The notes below the pieces were generated by a model, which saw nothing but the letters and a program-made list of their open reading frames with translations, had not been told where the DNA came from and did not search any database. A DNA stretch of 64,000 nucleotides. It comes from Eledone cirrhosa. Lineage: Eukaryota. Every line of letters begins with the position of its first letter. Positions within the stretch are counted from its first letter, which is position 1. Made by a program: the position numbers and the translations under genes. Shown here piece by piece: positions 1-11,399 of this stretch. The DNA is taken from contig OZ024741.1 in assembly GCA_964016885.1 (NCBI GenBank), forward strand, positions 74,028,001-74,092,000, in the 5' to 3' direction.

Positions 1-149
1 AGGCCGTATTCATTCATGCGTCGCCTGTCGGCACCCAAAGTTGTTCACCAGTTACTACTACTTTACCATTCTCGCACCACCGATTACCCACAGATACATA
101 TACACGCCTTTTGAATACAGTCGGGTTCGATCTGTGACAGATCTTGTCT

Positions 150-600
150 CAAGCTGATCGAAGAAGAAACGTATGTAATATGTTAATAAATTGTGATCTG
201 CGGATAGCTGTATTTATGCTTTCGCTGAAATGTGGTAATTTCATAAAGCAGGTGTTAGGGGAGGTCTTATGCCTGTGGCGTCTTCGATTTTTAAGTCGAT
301 TTACTGTGGATGTTGGGTATCTGTTCGTCTTCAGTACATCTATGGAGTCAGCAGTGTGAGTGATATGGTCCTCTGTCTTGTTACATATATTCATCTGTAA
401 TTCTAAGCTGGAAGGCCAGTAGAGACAAGGAACCATTGATATAATCTGTAGATTAATACTGTGGGTTTTAATGAGGTGGTACAACGTTGCTCGTCTGCTG
501 TTTCTGTGTAGTGGTGGTGTTAATCCAGTTTTGCTTCCGGATCACTTTCTTGATCTTTTTCCTGTTATCCTTGTGAACGTTTAGGCGGGAGAAATTCCAG
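150..600 (-). mobile_element. Degenerate, internally deleted Penelope-like element remnant
   Basis: Minus-strand translation has YHLIKTH, VLKTNRYPTS and CFMKLPHFSESINTAIRR, matching FYHLVKTH, LETNGYPTS and CFLKMPHLGENTTNAICKAIRR in the PLE at 36.4-38.4 kb. Boundaries approximate. Confidence 0.55.
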
Positions 601-1231
601 AAATGGAATAAAAAAGAAATGGAAAAATGGATAAAAGAATGCAGAAAATTATATGTATTTCCACATCTGCTATACAGCTTGTTAGGTGCATTTCGGTTAG
701 TGTCATGCATATTGCTTAATTGCTTATGACTAAGTCTCTATATACACGTGTGTGTGTGTAGATATTTTCTCTGTCAAACATGTTGTGAACAGGTGAGATT
801 GAACCTGAACTGACACTTTCAGTCTCAACATCATTTTGTACAAATTCTTCATCACATGCTTCAATATATCTCACTGTAATTTATTATTCACCTTGCATTG
901 ATGAACTTTAGCTTGAAGCACTTTTAATTCTGTTTCTTTATTAGCACACAATTGTCCACTGGTCCCTTTCTGCTTGGATGGATTCTTTTGGCTGGGGTTC
1001 CTCATTTCACCTTTTCTGCATACCTGTTGTTCGCCTGGCCTGCCTTCTTTGACTGGGGCGGCAGGCATCTCATTTGTGGTTCTCTGATCCTTGTGTGTCT
1101 CGGTAGACTCTTTGTGGTCAGTGTTTATATTTTCTTTTTCTGTCTTCTTCCTTCTTGGGGACACAGCTTAGCAAACCATGTGTGGTGCTATGAGGGCATA
1201 GTCCCTCTTAATTTCTCTCTCGTGTGCGCGC

Positions 1232-1233
<2 letters not shown>

Positions 1234-1290
<57 letters not shown>
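1234..1290. repeat. (GT)n/(AT)n microsatellite
   Basis: Directly visible dinucleotide run. Confidence 0.95.
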
Positions 1291-4200
1291 TGTGAGTCTA
1301 GTTGCCGAAACGGCCGGAGTTCCAAATCTTTTCGTGTGTGTTGTAAATATATATATATATCATCATCATCACTGTTTTAACATCCGTTCTTCCACGCTAC
1401 CATGTGTTAGACGGGTTGTCCTGTTGTGGGCAGTGTCTGGTCGGCTGACCATGCCTTGCTCATACAGGAACTGATTTGGCTTGATTTCTACAGCTGGATG
1501 CCCTTCCTAACACCAACCTCATTTACAGTGAGTGCTGGGTGCTTTTTTCCATGGCGCCTACATGTCCACTTTACAGTGTGGGCTGGGTGCATTTTTGCCA
1601 TGGCACCTCCACGACCACTTTGCAGTGGGAGGGTGTGGAGGCATATTGTCTATATGCTTCAGCTTCGGCTTATACCCATGGAGGGTCGGGTCTTCTGTAT
1701 TACTGCGTGACGCCAGAGGTCACGGTCATGTGTCATCGCCTTTGGGAGGTGTAATTGGGTAAGGTCAGCTTTTATCACCTCATCCCAGGTCTTCTTGGGT
1801 CTCCCCACTCTGCGGTTTCCATCGACTTCTAGTGCTCTGCATCTTTTTATGCAGCTGTCATCCTTCATACGCATCATATGTCCATACCAACACAACCGCC
1901 TCTCCTGCACACAGCATTTGATTCCTCTCTATTCATTTATGCTTTGCCGTTCGTGTATATTAATTACTATTACACATCCATTGGAGCATGCAGGCTTCGT
2001 TTCTTTCTAATATACGCATGTCTTCCACAGACAGCACCCATGTCTCACTGCCATGTAACATTGCTGTTCGTATACATGCATCATACAGTCTGCCTTTCAT
2101 TTTGAGGGAAAAGCCTTTTGCAGCTAGCAGTGGCAGTAGCTCCCTGAACTTCTTCCATCCCGTTCTTACCCTAGTTATTGTACTTTTCGAACACCCACCT
2201 CCGCTGCTAATTCGGTCACCTAGGTAGCAGAAGCTGTTTACTGTTTCTACAGAGCCCTCCCAGAGTTTGGTGGTACTTGTTTCCTGTGGCTGTTTGCTGC
2301 TTGCTGTCCCCGCACAGCTGCTACATGTGAAGCCTTCATTCTTAGTTAAGCTTCCTGAGATCCCACTACATCTCTTGTGTACCCATTGTTTGCATTTGGG
2401 GCAGAGAATGGGGTTCCTACCTACACCTTTCCTACATACTGAGCAAGGCCATTTCCCTGAGGGGATCTGGGTTCTGTTTTCTCATCTACTTACAAGGACC
2501 TTAGTCTTTGTCAGGTTGACTTTGAGGCCCTTTCTATCTAGTCCCTGCTTCCAAGTTTGGAATTTCTTCTCTAGTTCTACCATAGATTCAGCTATAAGTG
2601 CGAGGTCATCTGCATACAGGAGTTCCCATGGGCATCCGGTCTTAAACTCCTCCGTTATTGCCTGCAGAAATATGATGAACAGGAGAGGGCTAAGAACAGA
2701 GCCCTGGCGAACACCGACCTGTACGCTAAATTCCTCACTATAGTCATTGCTAATCCTAACTTTGCTGACTTCTCCCCTATACATGGTTTGTACAGCTTTC
2801 ACAAGCCATTCATCTACTCCTAGTTTTCTAAGAGCCCACCAGATTATAGTACGAGATCGACGAATTCCAGGTAGAGTGGCTTACTTTTAGCTAGGTACTT
2901 TCCCTGTAACTGCCTCACAAGGAAGAGGGCATCAGTGGTGCCTCTTCCTGGCACAAATCCAAATTGTATCTCATCTAGTTTCACCCGGTCCCTAATCAAC
3001 TGTGCTATAACTCTTTGTTACTTTCATGACCTGATCCATCGGCTTTATACCTCTATAGTTTCCTCTATCTAGTGCATCACCTTTACCTTTGTAGCAGTTT
3101 ACAATGATGCTACTGCACCAATCCTTTAGTATGACACCTTCTAGTATTACCTGGTTAACAATATGTGTGGTTATGGTGAGACCTACCGACCCAGATGCCT
3201 TCAGCATCTCGGCAGCTATAGCCGATGGACCGGTTGCCTTCCCCATCTTCATATCTTTGATTGCCTTACTTACTACGTTGCTGCTGACTTGTACTGTTGA
3301 CCCCTCTATAGGGTCTACTTGGGGTAGGGTCTCTTCTTTCCATGCATTCTCCTCATTTAGTAATCTATCACAATGGCTCTTCCACGCATCTTTCTTCTCA
3401 GCACTTGTGAGAGCAAGCTCACCTTTATCATTCCGGATAAACTTCTCTCCAATGACATCACAATTCTCTCTGACACACTGCCTCACAATCTTGAACACCT
3501 CCTGTTTCTGGTCCTCACGTTGCAAAACATGCTTGAATTTTCTATCCTCTTTTTCCCTCCTAGCTAAGTATACTTGTCGCCTAGCTTCCCTCCTGGTCTC
3601 TATGTAATGTACCCTGCTTCCCCCATTCCATTCTTTCCATGCCTGTCTCTTAGCCTTAACTGCCTCATCTACCTTATTGTTCCACCACCAAGTCACTCTC
3701 CTCCTGCCTGTGGTCTTACTCCAGCCACAGATCTCATCCGTCGTCTTTAGTAAGTTATTCTTTCGGAACTCCCAGTTCTCTTCTACATTAAATGTCTCTA
3801 TCTGTTCTTCTTTACTATCATAAGCGTTTAGTAACATATCTTTAAATCTGTTACTGGCTGAGGGGTCTTTCAGCTTCCAGATCTTTCTTCTCCAGGTTGG
3901 CTTCTGTTTCCAGGTTCGTCTAGTTCTGACCGTGAGGTCGCTGACAACTAAATTATGTTGGGAGGTACATTCCTCACTAGGGAAGGCTTTTGTGTTTATG
4001 ACCGTCCATCTGTCACGTCCTCTGATGAGGATAAAATCTATGTGACTAGAATGCTCCCCTGATCTATAGGTGATCAGATGGTTGTTGGGTTTTTGAAGTT
4101 TGTGTTACATATCGACATGTCATTGGCGTTGCAGAATTCTAGAAGCCTGAATCCTTCTTCATTTCTTGTGCCAACCCCATGGCCTCCATGGAAGCCGTCA

Positions 4201-4393
4201 CAGTGTTTACCTACATGTCTGTTAAAATCTCCTGCAATGATTAGGAAGTCATTGTCATTTGTTAGAGCAGTAGTGTGAATTAGGGACTCGTAAAACCTAT
4301 CTTTAAGTTTGTCTGGCAACCCTGATCGGGGTGCGTAAGCTGATATTATTGTGTCAATTGTTTTATTCGGGACTAGTCTGAGTTTAATGATTA

Positions 4394-7300
4394 CTAGCAG
4401 TAAAGCCCGGCGTTGCTCGGGGTCGCTCAGTAGCTGTGTTAAAGTTACAATGTTAAGTTTCTTTTTTGGCTTAAAAACTGTAGTGTCTACTGTGCAGACT
4501 TGCATGTGGTGTTTTTGATTAATATTCCCTCAACCAACAATATGCCTTATGAAGTTAAGAAAACATAACGATAACCCGAATGTTATAACAAAAGAGGATG
4601 CTGGGGATAAAAACTGCACTGGTTATTTATTAACAAAGATCGAAAATGTAAACACTGCAACGCAGAGAAAAACAACGTAAGACGCTCAATGTAAACAGAA
4701 CAAAGGGAAATAACTCGTCACTTACGCTCAAAAATCGATACATTAGATTCGATTTCGTCACATAGGGTGGGTCAATTTGAAATATTTTTTTTCCGATGTC
4801 TTCGCTAGGGCTCAATGTACAAGTATAGCAATTTCGGTGCAATTCCGTGAGAGATTCTAAGAGGAGATGTGTGCCAAAAATCGATAGACAGACAACCACA
4901 GCTTTATATATATAGACTAGCAGTAAAGCCCGGCGTTGCTCGGGGTCGCTCAGTAGCTGTGTTAAAGTTACAATGTTAAGTTTCTTTCTTGGCTTAAAAA
5001 CTGTAGTGTCTACTGTGCAGACTTGCATGTGGTGTTTTTGATTAATATTCCCTCAACCAACAATATGCCTTATGAAGTTAAGAAAACATAACGATAACCC
5101 GAATGTTATAACAAAAGAGGATGCTGGGGATAGAAACTGCACTGGTTATTTATTAACAAAGATCGAAAATGTAAACACTGCAACGCAGAGAAAAACATTA
5201 GCGTAACCAAATTATCAGTTATGTCTGTCTGCACGCCTATATCACCTCTCTGCACGACTATCTGTCTGCACGCCTATATCACCTCTCTGCACGACTATCT
5301 GTCTGCACGCCTAACGACGAAATATTTGCTTGTTTTACGTAGTCTTTAAATAGACTTGTTTTCAAGTAAAAATATTGTTTTAAAATGCTTTTAAATGGAA
5401 ATGAAGCAAAACGGAAGCTTAGTGTTCGAACTGATGAATTTTGCAGGTCAATATTTTGCTGGCTCAACAACTGTTCGTGTCAGCGTAATTTTTTACGTAA
5501 GACGCTCAATGTAAACAGAACAAAGGGAAATAACTGATCACTTACGCTCAAAAATCGATACATTATATTCGATTTCGTCAGATAGGGTGGGTCAATTTGA
5601 AATATTTTTTTCCGATGTCTTCGCTAGGGCTCAATGTACAAGTATAGCAATTTCGGTGCAATTCCGTGAGAGATTCTAAGAGATGTGTGCCAAAAATCGA
5701 TAGACAGACAGACAACCACAGTTTTATATATATAGATGTCTGTCTGCACGCCTATATCACCTCTCTGCACGACTATCTGTCTACACGCCTATATCACCTC
5801 TCTGCACGACTATCTGTCTGCACGCCTATATCAACTCTCTGCACGACGATCTGTCTGCACGCGTATATCACCTCTCTGCACGACTGTCTGTCTGCACGAC
5901 TGTCTGTCTGCACGCCTAACGACGAAATATTTGCTTGTTTTACGTAGTCTTTAAATAGACTTGTTTTCAAGTAAAAATATTGTTTTAAAAGGCTTTTAAA
6001 TGGAAATGAAGCAAAACGGAAGCTTAGTGTTCAACTGTTCGTGTATTGTGTTAATGTCATTTTAAACGCTGAGAAAGCCAGCGTAATTTTTTACGTAAGA
6101 CGCTCAATGTAAACAGAACAAAGGGAAATAACTGATAACTTACGCTCAAAAATCGATACATTATATTCGATTTCGTCAGATAGGGTGGGTCAATTTGAAA
6201 TTTTTTTTTTCCGATGTCTTCGCTAGGGCTCAATGTACAAGTATAGCAATTTCAGTGCAATTCCGTGAGAGATTCTAAGAGGAGATGTGTGCCAAAAATC
6301 GATAGACAACCACAGTTTTATATATATAGAAGATAGATAGATGTCTGTCTGCACGCCTATATCACCTCTCTGCACGACTGTCTGTCTGCACGCCTATATC
6401 ACCTCTCTGCACGACTGTCTGTCTGCACGCCTATATCACCCCTCTGCACGACTGTCTGTCTGCACGCCTATATCACCTCTCTGCACGACTATCTGTCTGC
6501 ACGCCTATATCACCTCTCTGCACGACTGTCTGTCTGCACGCCTATATCACCTCTCTGCACGACTGTCTGTCTGCACGCCTATATCACTTCTCTGCACGAC
6601 TGTCTGTCTGTACGACTGTCTGTCTGCACGCCTAACGACGAAATATTTGCTTGTTTTACGTAGTCTTTAAATAGACTTGTTTTCAAGTAAAAATATTGTT
6701 TTAAAATGCTTTTAAATGGAAATGAAGCGTGTTTTTTATTAATATTCCCTCAACCAACAATATGCCTTATGAAGTTAAGAAAACATAACGATAACCCGAA
6801 TGTTATAACAAAAGAGGATGCTGGGGATAGAAACTGCACTGGTTATTTATTAACAAAGATCGAAAATGTAAACACTGCAACGCAGAGAAAAACATTAGCG
6901 TAACCAAATTATCAGTTATGTCTGTCTGCACGCCTATATCACCTCTCTGCACGACTCTCTGTCTGCACGCCTATATCACCTCTCTGCACGTCTATCTGTC
7001 TGCACGCCTATATCACCTCTCTGCACGACTATCTGTCTGCACGCGTATATCACCTCTCTGCACGACTGTCTGTCTGCACGCCTAACGACGAAATATTTGC
7101 TTGTTTTACGTAGTCTTTAAATAGACTTGTTTTCAAGTAAAAATATTGTTTTAAAATGCTTTTAAATGGAAATGAAGCAAAGCGGATCTTAGTGTTCGAA
7201 CTGATGAATTTTGTAGGTCAATATTTTGCTGGCTCGACAACTGTTCGTTCGTGTATTGTGTTAATGTCATTTTAAACGCTGAGAAAGCCAGCGTAATTTT

Positions 7301-7553
7301 TTACGTAAGACGCTCAATGTAAACAGAACAAAGGGAAATAACTGATAACTTACGCACAAAAATCGATACATTATATTCGATTTCGTCACATAGGGTGGGT
7401 CAATTTGAAATTTTTTTTTTTCCGATGTCTTCGCTAGGGCTCAATGTACAAGTATAGCAATTTCGGTGCAATTCCGTGAGAGATTCTAAGAGGAGATGTG
7501 TGCCAAAAATCGATAGACAGACAGACAACCACAGTTTTATATATATAGATAGA
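4394..7553 (-). mobile_element. Tandem array of a non-autonomous Helitron
   Basis: Minus strand starts TC(TATC)TATATATATAAAAC and ends CCCGAGCAACGCCGGG hairpin + CTGCTAG. Inserted between A and T with no TSD. Precise CTAG|TC head-to-tail junction at 4917/4916. About 4-5 full or partial units. Confidence 0.85.
6342..6635. repeat. 37-bp minisatellite (TGTCTGTCTGCACGCCTATATCACCTCTCTGCACGAC)n inside Helitron units
   Basis: About 7 tandem units here. Shorter blocks at about 5222-5310, 5737-5915 and 6919-7082. Confidence 0.95.
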
Positions 7554-8016
7554 TTGCATTCACCCTGTTCACTGAGATTACCTTATCTACTCATTTGTCA
7601 GCTAGTAGGATACCTACACCACTCATCTCATCGTCATCTCCCACCCAGAAAAATTTGTAGCACTGCCTTTTGCTTACAAGGACTCTAGCAGACTCCCCTC
7701 TCCATCTAGTCTCTTGCACACAGCATACATCAATTTACTTTCACTATAGCATCTCTACGATTTCTCCTGCTCTTCCTTTCATTGTGCTTACATTGATGGT
7801 TCCAACTCGGAGTTTTGGGCATTTGCCAACATTCGTGGGAAAGGTTAAATTTTTGCAGGGGTGTGTGTATGCTTCCTGTCTCTGAATTGAAGCTTTGCAT
7901 GGGTGCTTGGTAGCTCAGGGATTCATATATACACACACACCCTCTCTCTCTCTCTCCACAACCCTCACCACTAAAATTTTTGGTCAGCAGTCATTTATAG
8001 AAACCATATTTACTTA

Positions 8017-11000
8017 TCATCATCATCAACGTTTAACGTCCGTGTTCCACGCTTGCATGGGTTTGGACGGGGGTAGTCTCACTTGAGGCAAGAGTGATTG
8101 TCTTGCTCGCATAGGACTGTCTGGCAGGTTTTCTACAGTTGGATGCCCTTCCTAACACCAACCACATTTACAGTGTGGGTCTGGGAGGTTTTTACCGTGT
8201 TGCCTACACGGCCACATTACAGCGTGGACTGTGTGTTTTTTTGTCGTGACACCTACACGATCTCATTTGTTTCGGCCTGGATGGCGCGGCACCAACATAA
8301 CTTTACATAGAACGGGGTGGTGTGGATGGGGTGGGGGTGGTGGGACGGGGTGTATTTTGTTAGAGATGCCTACTGGCTATAGTAGGTTCTACTATGTATT
8401 TAGGTAAGGCGGGTCTTCTCTGTTACTGAGTACCGCCAAAGGTCTCGGTCCAGTGACATTGTCTTGGAGAGGTGTAAGTGTGTGAGGTCGGAGTTTATCA
8501 GCTCGTCCCAGGTTTGTCTAGGTCTGCCTATTCCGTGGCTACCGTCTATCTTTATTGCCCTGCACTTTGTTATACAGCTATCGACTTTCATGCGCATCAC
8601 GTATCCATACCAACGTAGCCTTCTCTCGAGTAAACAACATCTGATCCCTCTTATTTCTAATTTTTTCCTTAGTTCGTTTATGCTTTGCCGTTCACGTATA
8701 TTACTGTTACACATCCAGCGGAGCATGCAAGCTTCGTTCCTCTCTAGTCTGCGTATATCCTCTGCACACAATGCCCAGGTCTCACTGCCATGCAACATTG
8801 CTGTTCGTATGCAGGCATCGTACAACCTGCCTTTCATTTTTAGGGAGAACCCTTTAGCAGCTAATAGTGGTATAAGCTCTCTGAACTTTTTCCAACCAGT
8901 TCTGACTCTAGCTACTGTACTTTCAGAGCACCCTCTCCCACTGCTGATTTTATCGCCCAGGTAACGGAAGCTGTCCACTATTTCTATAGAACCCTCTGCG
9001 CAATTGAAAGAGCTAGTATTTTGTGGGCACTTGCTGCTACTTATTGCACCAGAGCACCGGCCACATGTAAAATCTATGTTCTTAGTTAGCTTACCTGTGA
9101 TCCCACTACATCTTTTATGCACCCATACTTTGCATTTAGGACATAAAATGGAGTTTCTACCTACGCCTTTCCTACACACCGAGCACGACCATTTCCCAGA
9201 AGGGACCGCCGCCTTGTTTTCTTTCCTACAAACTAGAACTTTAGTCTTAGCCAGGTTAATTTTAAGTCCTTTTGATTCTAGGCCGTGCTTCCATGTTTGG
9301 AATTTCTTCTCTAGCTCGGCCATTGATTCCGCTATGAGTGTCAGGTCGTCTGCGTATAGGAGTTCCCATGGGCAGCCGGTCTTGAACTCCTCTGTTATAG
9401 CCTGAAGGGCAATAATAAATAGTAGGGGGCTGAGAACAGAGCCCTGATGGACGCCAACTTTTACGCTAAACTCTTCACTATATTCGTTGTTAATTCTAAC
9501 CTTGCTGACTGTTTCTTTATACATGGCTTGTATAGCCCTCACAAGCCATTCGTCAACGCCTAGTTTTCTAAGAGCCCACCAGATAATGGAGCGGGGGACT
9601 CTGTCAAAGTAGAGGGGTTTACCTTTAGCTAGGTACTTCTCCTGTAGTTGTCGTACAATGAAAAGAGCGTCTGTGGTACTTTTGCCTGACACAAACCCGA
9701 ACTGCATTTCATCTAGGTCAATTCTCTCTCTGATTAGTTGCGCTATTACTTTTTCCGTGACCTTCATGACCTGGTCGATTAATTTAATGCCTCTATAGTT
9801 ACTCCTATCTAGGGCGTCTCCTTTACCCTTATAACAGTTAACGATGATGCTGCTATGCCAGTCCTTCGGAACAACCCCATTCTGTACGACTTGGTTAACT
9901 ATGCGGGTGACCATGGTGTGTCCCACCGTGCCAGATGCCTTCAGCATCTCAGCAACTATTTCCGAAGGCCCAGCCGCCTTACCCATCTTCATATCCTTGA
10001 TTGCCTTACTTATTATACTCCCCTCGACTAACACTGCTGGTCCCTCTATTGGGTCGATATGGGGGAGACTGTCTTTCTCCCATTTATTCTCCTCATTTAG
10101 TAGCCTTTCATAGTGACACTTCCAAGCTACCTTCTTATCAGCGTCGGTGATGGCAAGTGTGCCATCATCGTTAAGTACACACTTCTCCTCAACAATATCA
10201 CGGTTTTCCTTGACGCATTGCCTAGTAATCCTGAACACCTCACGTTTTTGGTCCTCGCGTTGTAGAACATGCTTGAACTTTCTTTCCTCTGCTTCCCTTC
10301 TTGCTAAGTACACTTGTCTCCTAGCTTCCCTCCTGGCCACTTGATAGTCTTCTCTACTTCCCCCATCCCGCCATACTTTCCAAGCCTGCTTTTTGGCCTT
10401 AATTGACCCCTCCACCTTACTGTTCCACCACCATGTTACTCTCCTCCTGCCTACAGGCCTGCTCCAGCCACAGACTTCGTCTGTCGCCATCAGCAGGTTT
10501 GCTTTCAGAAATTCCCACTGTCCCTCTATATTGTCCGACTCTAAATGTTCTTCCTTACTGTCGAAAGCTTCAAGTAATATGCTTTTAAATTTATTTCTGG
10601 CTGTGGGGTCCTTTAGCTTCCATATTTTTCTCCTGAGGATAGTCTTCTGCTGCTGTCGAGTACGTCTCGTCCTGACTATGAGGTCGCTAATTATCAGTCT
10701 ATGTTGGGAGGTGCATTCTTCATGGGGGAGGGATTTAGTGTTTACAACAGACACTCTGTCACGTCTTCTGGTAAGGATATAATCTACCTGGCTTGTGTGT
10801 TCCCCGGATCTATAGGTGATCAGGTGATTGTCACGTTTTTTGAAGTTAGTGTTACAGATAGTTAGGTTATTTGCATCACAGAATTCCAGGATTCTGGAGC
10901 CTTCCTCATTTCTAGTACCAAACCCATAGCCTCCATGGATTTCGTCGTAGCCATCACAATGTTGTCCAACGTGACCATTTAGGTCGCCTGCAATAATTAT

Positions 11001-11265
11001 ATAGTCACTGTCGGATATTTGGGAGGTAGTTAGCATCAGTGTCTCATAGAATCTGTCTTTTATAGTGCCGGGCAGTCCGGATTGGGGTGCGTACGCAGAT
11101 ATTACTGTCACCGTAGTTCTATTGAGGACAAGTCGTATTTTAATTATTCTGTCGTTCACTCTATTTACGTCTATTATCTTATCTGCCCACTTTTCTGCTA
11201 CCATGATTCCTACTCCACCCAGCCCATCGTCGTTTCCCACCCAGTATAAATAAATGGACCTTGAA
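8017..11265 (-). mobile_element. RTE-clade LINE (subfamily B), 5'-truncated
   Basis: Contains the 946-aa EN-RT ORF. 3' UTR and (GAT)n tail at about 8017-8030 match the copies at 34.8, 39.5 and 59.7 kb. Confidence 0.95.
8400..11240 (-). CDS. RTE LINE ORF (partial APE endonuclease + RT with inserted PHD-like finger); 5'-truncated, RT motif A deleted in frame
   Basis: ISAYAPQ, IIAGDLNGH, SQVDYIL, NYRGIKL, QFGF, GVHQGSVLSP, YADD, FRYLG. LYLAFVDLEKAFDRV of sister copies is reduced to LYFDRV. Confidence 0.85.
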   Translation of the reverse strand: MGNDDGLGGVGIMVAEKWADKIIDVNRVNDRIIKIRLVLNRTTVTVISAYAPQSGLPGTIKDRFYETLMLTTSQISDSDYIIIAGDLNGHVGQHCDGYDEIHGGYGFGTRNEEGSRILEFCDANNLTICNTNFKKRDNHLITYRSGEHTSQVDYILTRRRDRVSVVNTKSLPHEECTSQHRLIISDLIVRTRRTRQQQKTILRRKIWKLKDPTARNKFKSILLEAFDSKEEHLESDNIEGQWEFLKANLLMATDEVCGWSRPVGRRRVTWWWNSKVEGSIKAKKQAWKVWRDGGSREDYQVARREARRQVYLARREAEERKFKHVLQREDQKREVFRITRQCVKENRDIVEEKCVLNDDGTLAITDADKKVAWKCHYERLLNEENKWEKDSLPHIDPIEGPAVLVEGSIISKAIKDMKMGKAAGPSEIVAEMLKASGTVGHTMVTRIVNQVVQNGVVPKDWHSSIIVNCYKGKGDALDRSNYRGIKLIDQVMKVTEKVIAQLIRERIDLDEMQFGFVSGKSTTDALFIVRQLQEKYLAKGKPLYFDRVPRSIIWWALRKLGVDEWLVRAIQAMYKETVSKVRINNEYSEEFSVKVGVHQGSVLSPLLFIIALQAITEEFKTGCPWELLYADDLTLIAESMAELEKKFQTWKHGLESKGLKINLAKTKVLVCRKENKAAVPSGKWSCSVCRKGVGRNSILCPKCKVWVHKRCSGITGKLTKNIDFTCGRCSGAISSSKCPQNTSSFNCAEGSIEIVDSFRYLGDKISSGRGCSESTVARVRTGWKKFRELIPLLAAKGFSLKMKGRLYDACIRTAMLHGSETWALCAEDIRRLERNEACMLRWMCNSNIRERQSINELRKKLEIRGIRCCLLERRLRWYGYVMRMKVDSCITKCRAIKIDGSHGIGRPRQTWDELINSDLTHLHLSKTMSLDRDLWRYSVTEKTRLT

Positions 11266-11399
11266 ATGTGTGTATGTGTAAGTATACAACTTTGATAGGT
11301 TTCAGCCAGTATTAGCCCAGGCCATCATCATCTCATCTTCGTTTTACGTCCATCTTCCACGCTAGCATGGGTTAACTTAATAGTACTACCTGACAAAGT

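Larger units (their letters stand above)
1361..7700 (-). mobile_element. RTE-clade LINE (subfamily A), degenerate, interrupted by a Helitron array at 4394-7553
   Basis: Fragmented ORFs with APE endonuclease (ISAYAP, IIAGDFN) and RT motifs (GNYRGIK, GVRQGSVLSP, LLYADDL, RLCWYGH). (GAT)n tail at about 1361. The EN frame resumes past 7553 (DKVISVNRVN). 5' boundary approximate. Confidence 0.9.

Noticed and set aside
952-1474. ORFs with CV repeats or a hydrophobic stretch
   Set aside because: They run through a (GT)n tract and an RTE 3' UTR; no recognisable domain.
5432-5470. CTGATGA in Helitron units (also at 7201) and other isolated CTGANGA hits at 4022, 23871, 49984 and 58183
   Set aside because: No downstream stem II-GAAA-stem III arrangement.
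5666-6670. Cys/His-rich repetitive ORFs and a CRISPR-like appearance of the 37-bp repeats
   Set aside because: The repeats are directly tandem with no unique spacers and no cas genes. This is a minisatellite inside Helitron units in a eukaryotic context.
8464-10782. Recurrent antisense ORFs (e.g. MQASFLSSLRISSAHNAQ...) in several places
   Set aside because: Shadow frames of the RTE ORF that recur only because the element is repeated.
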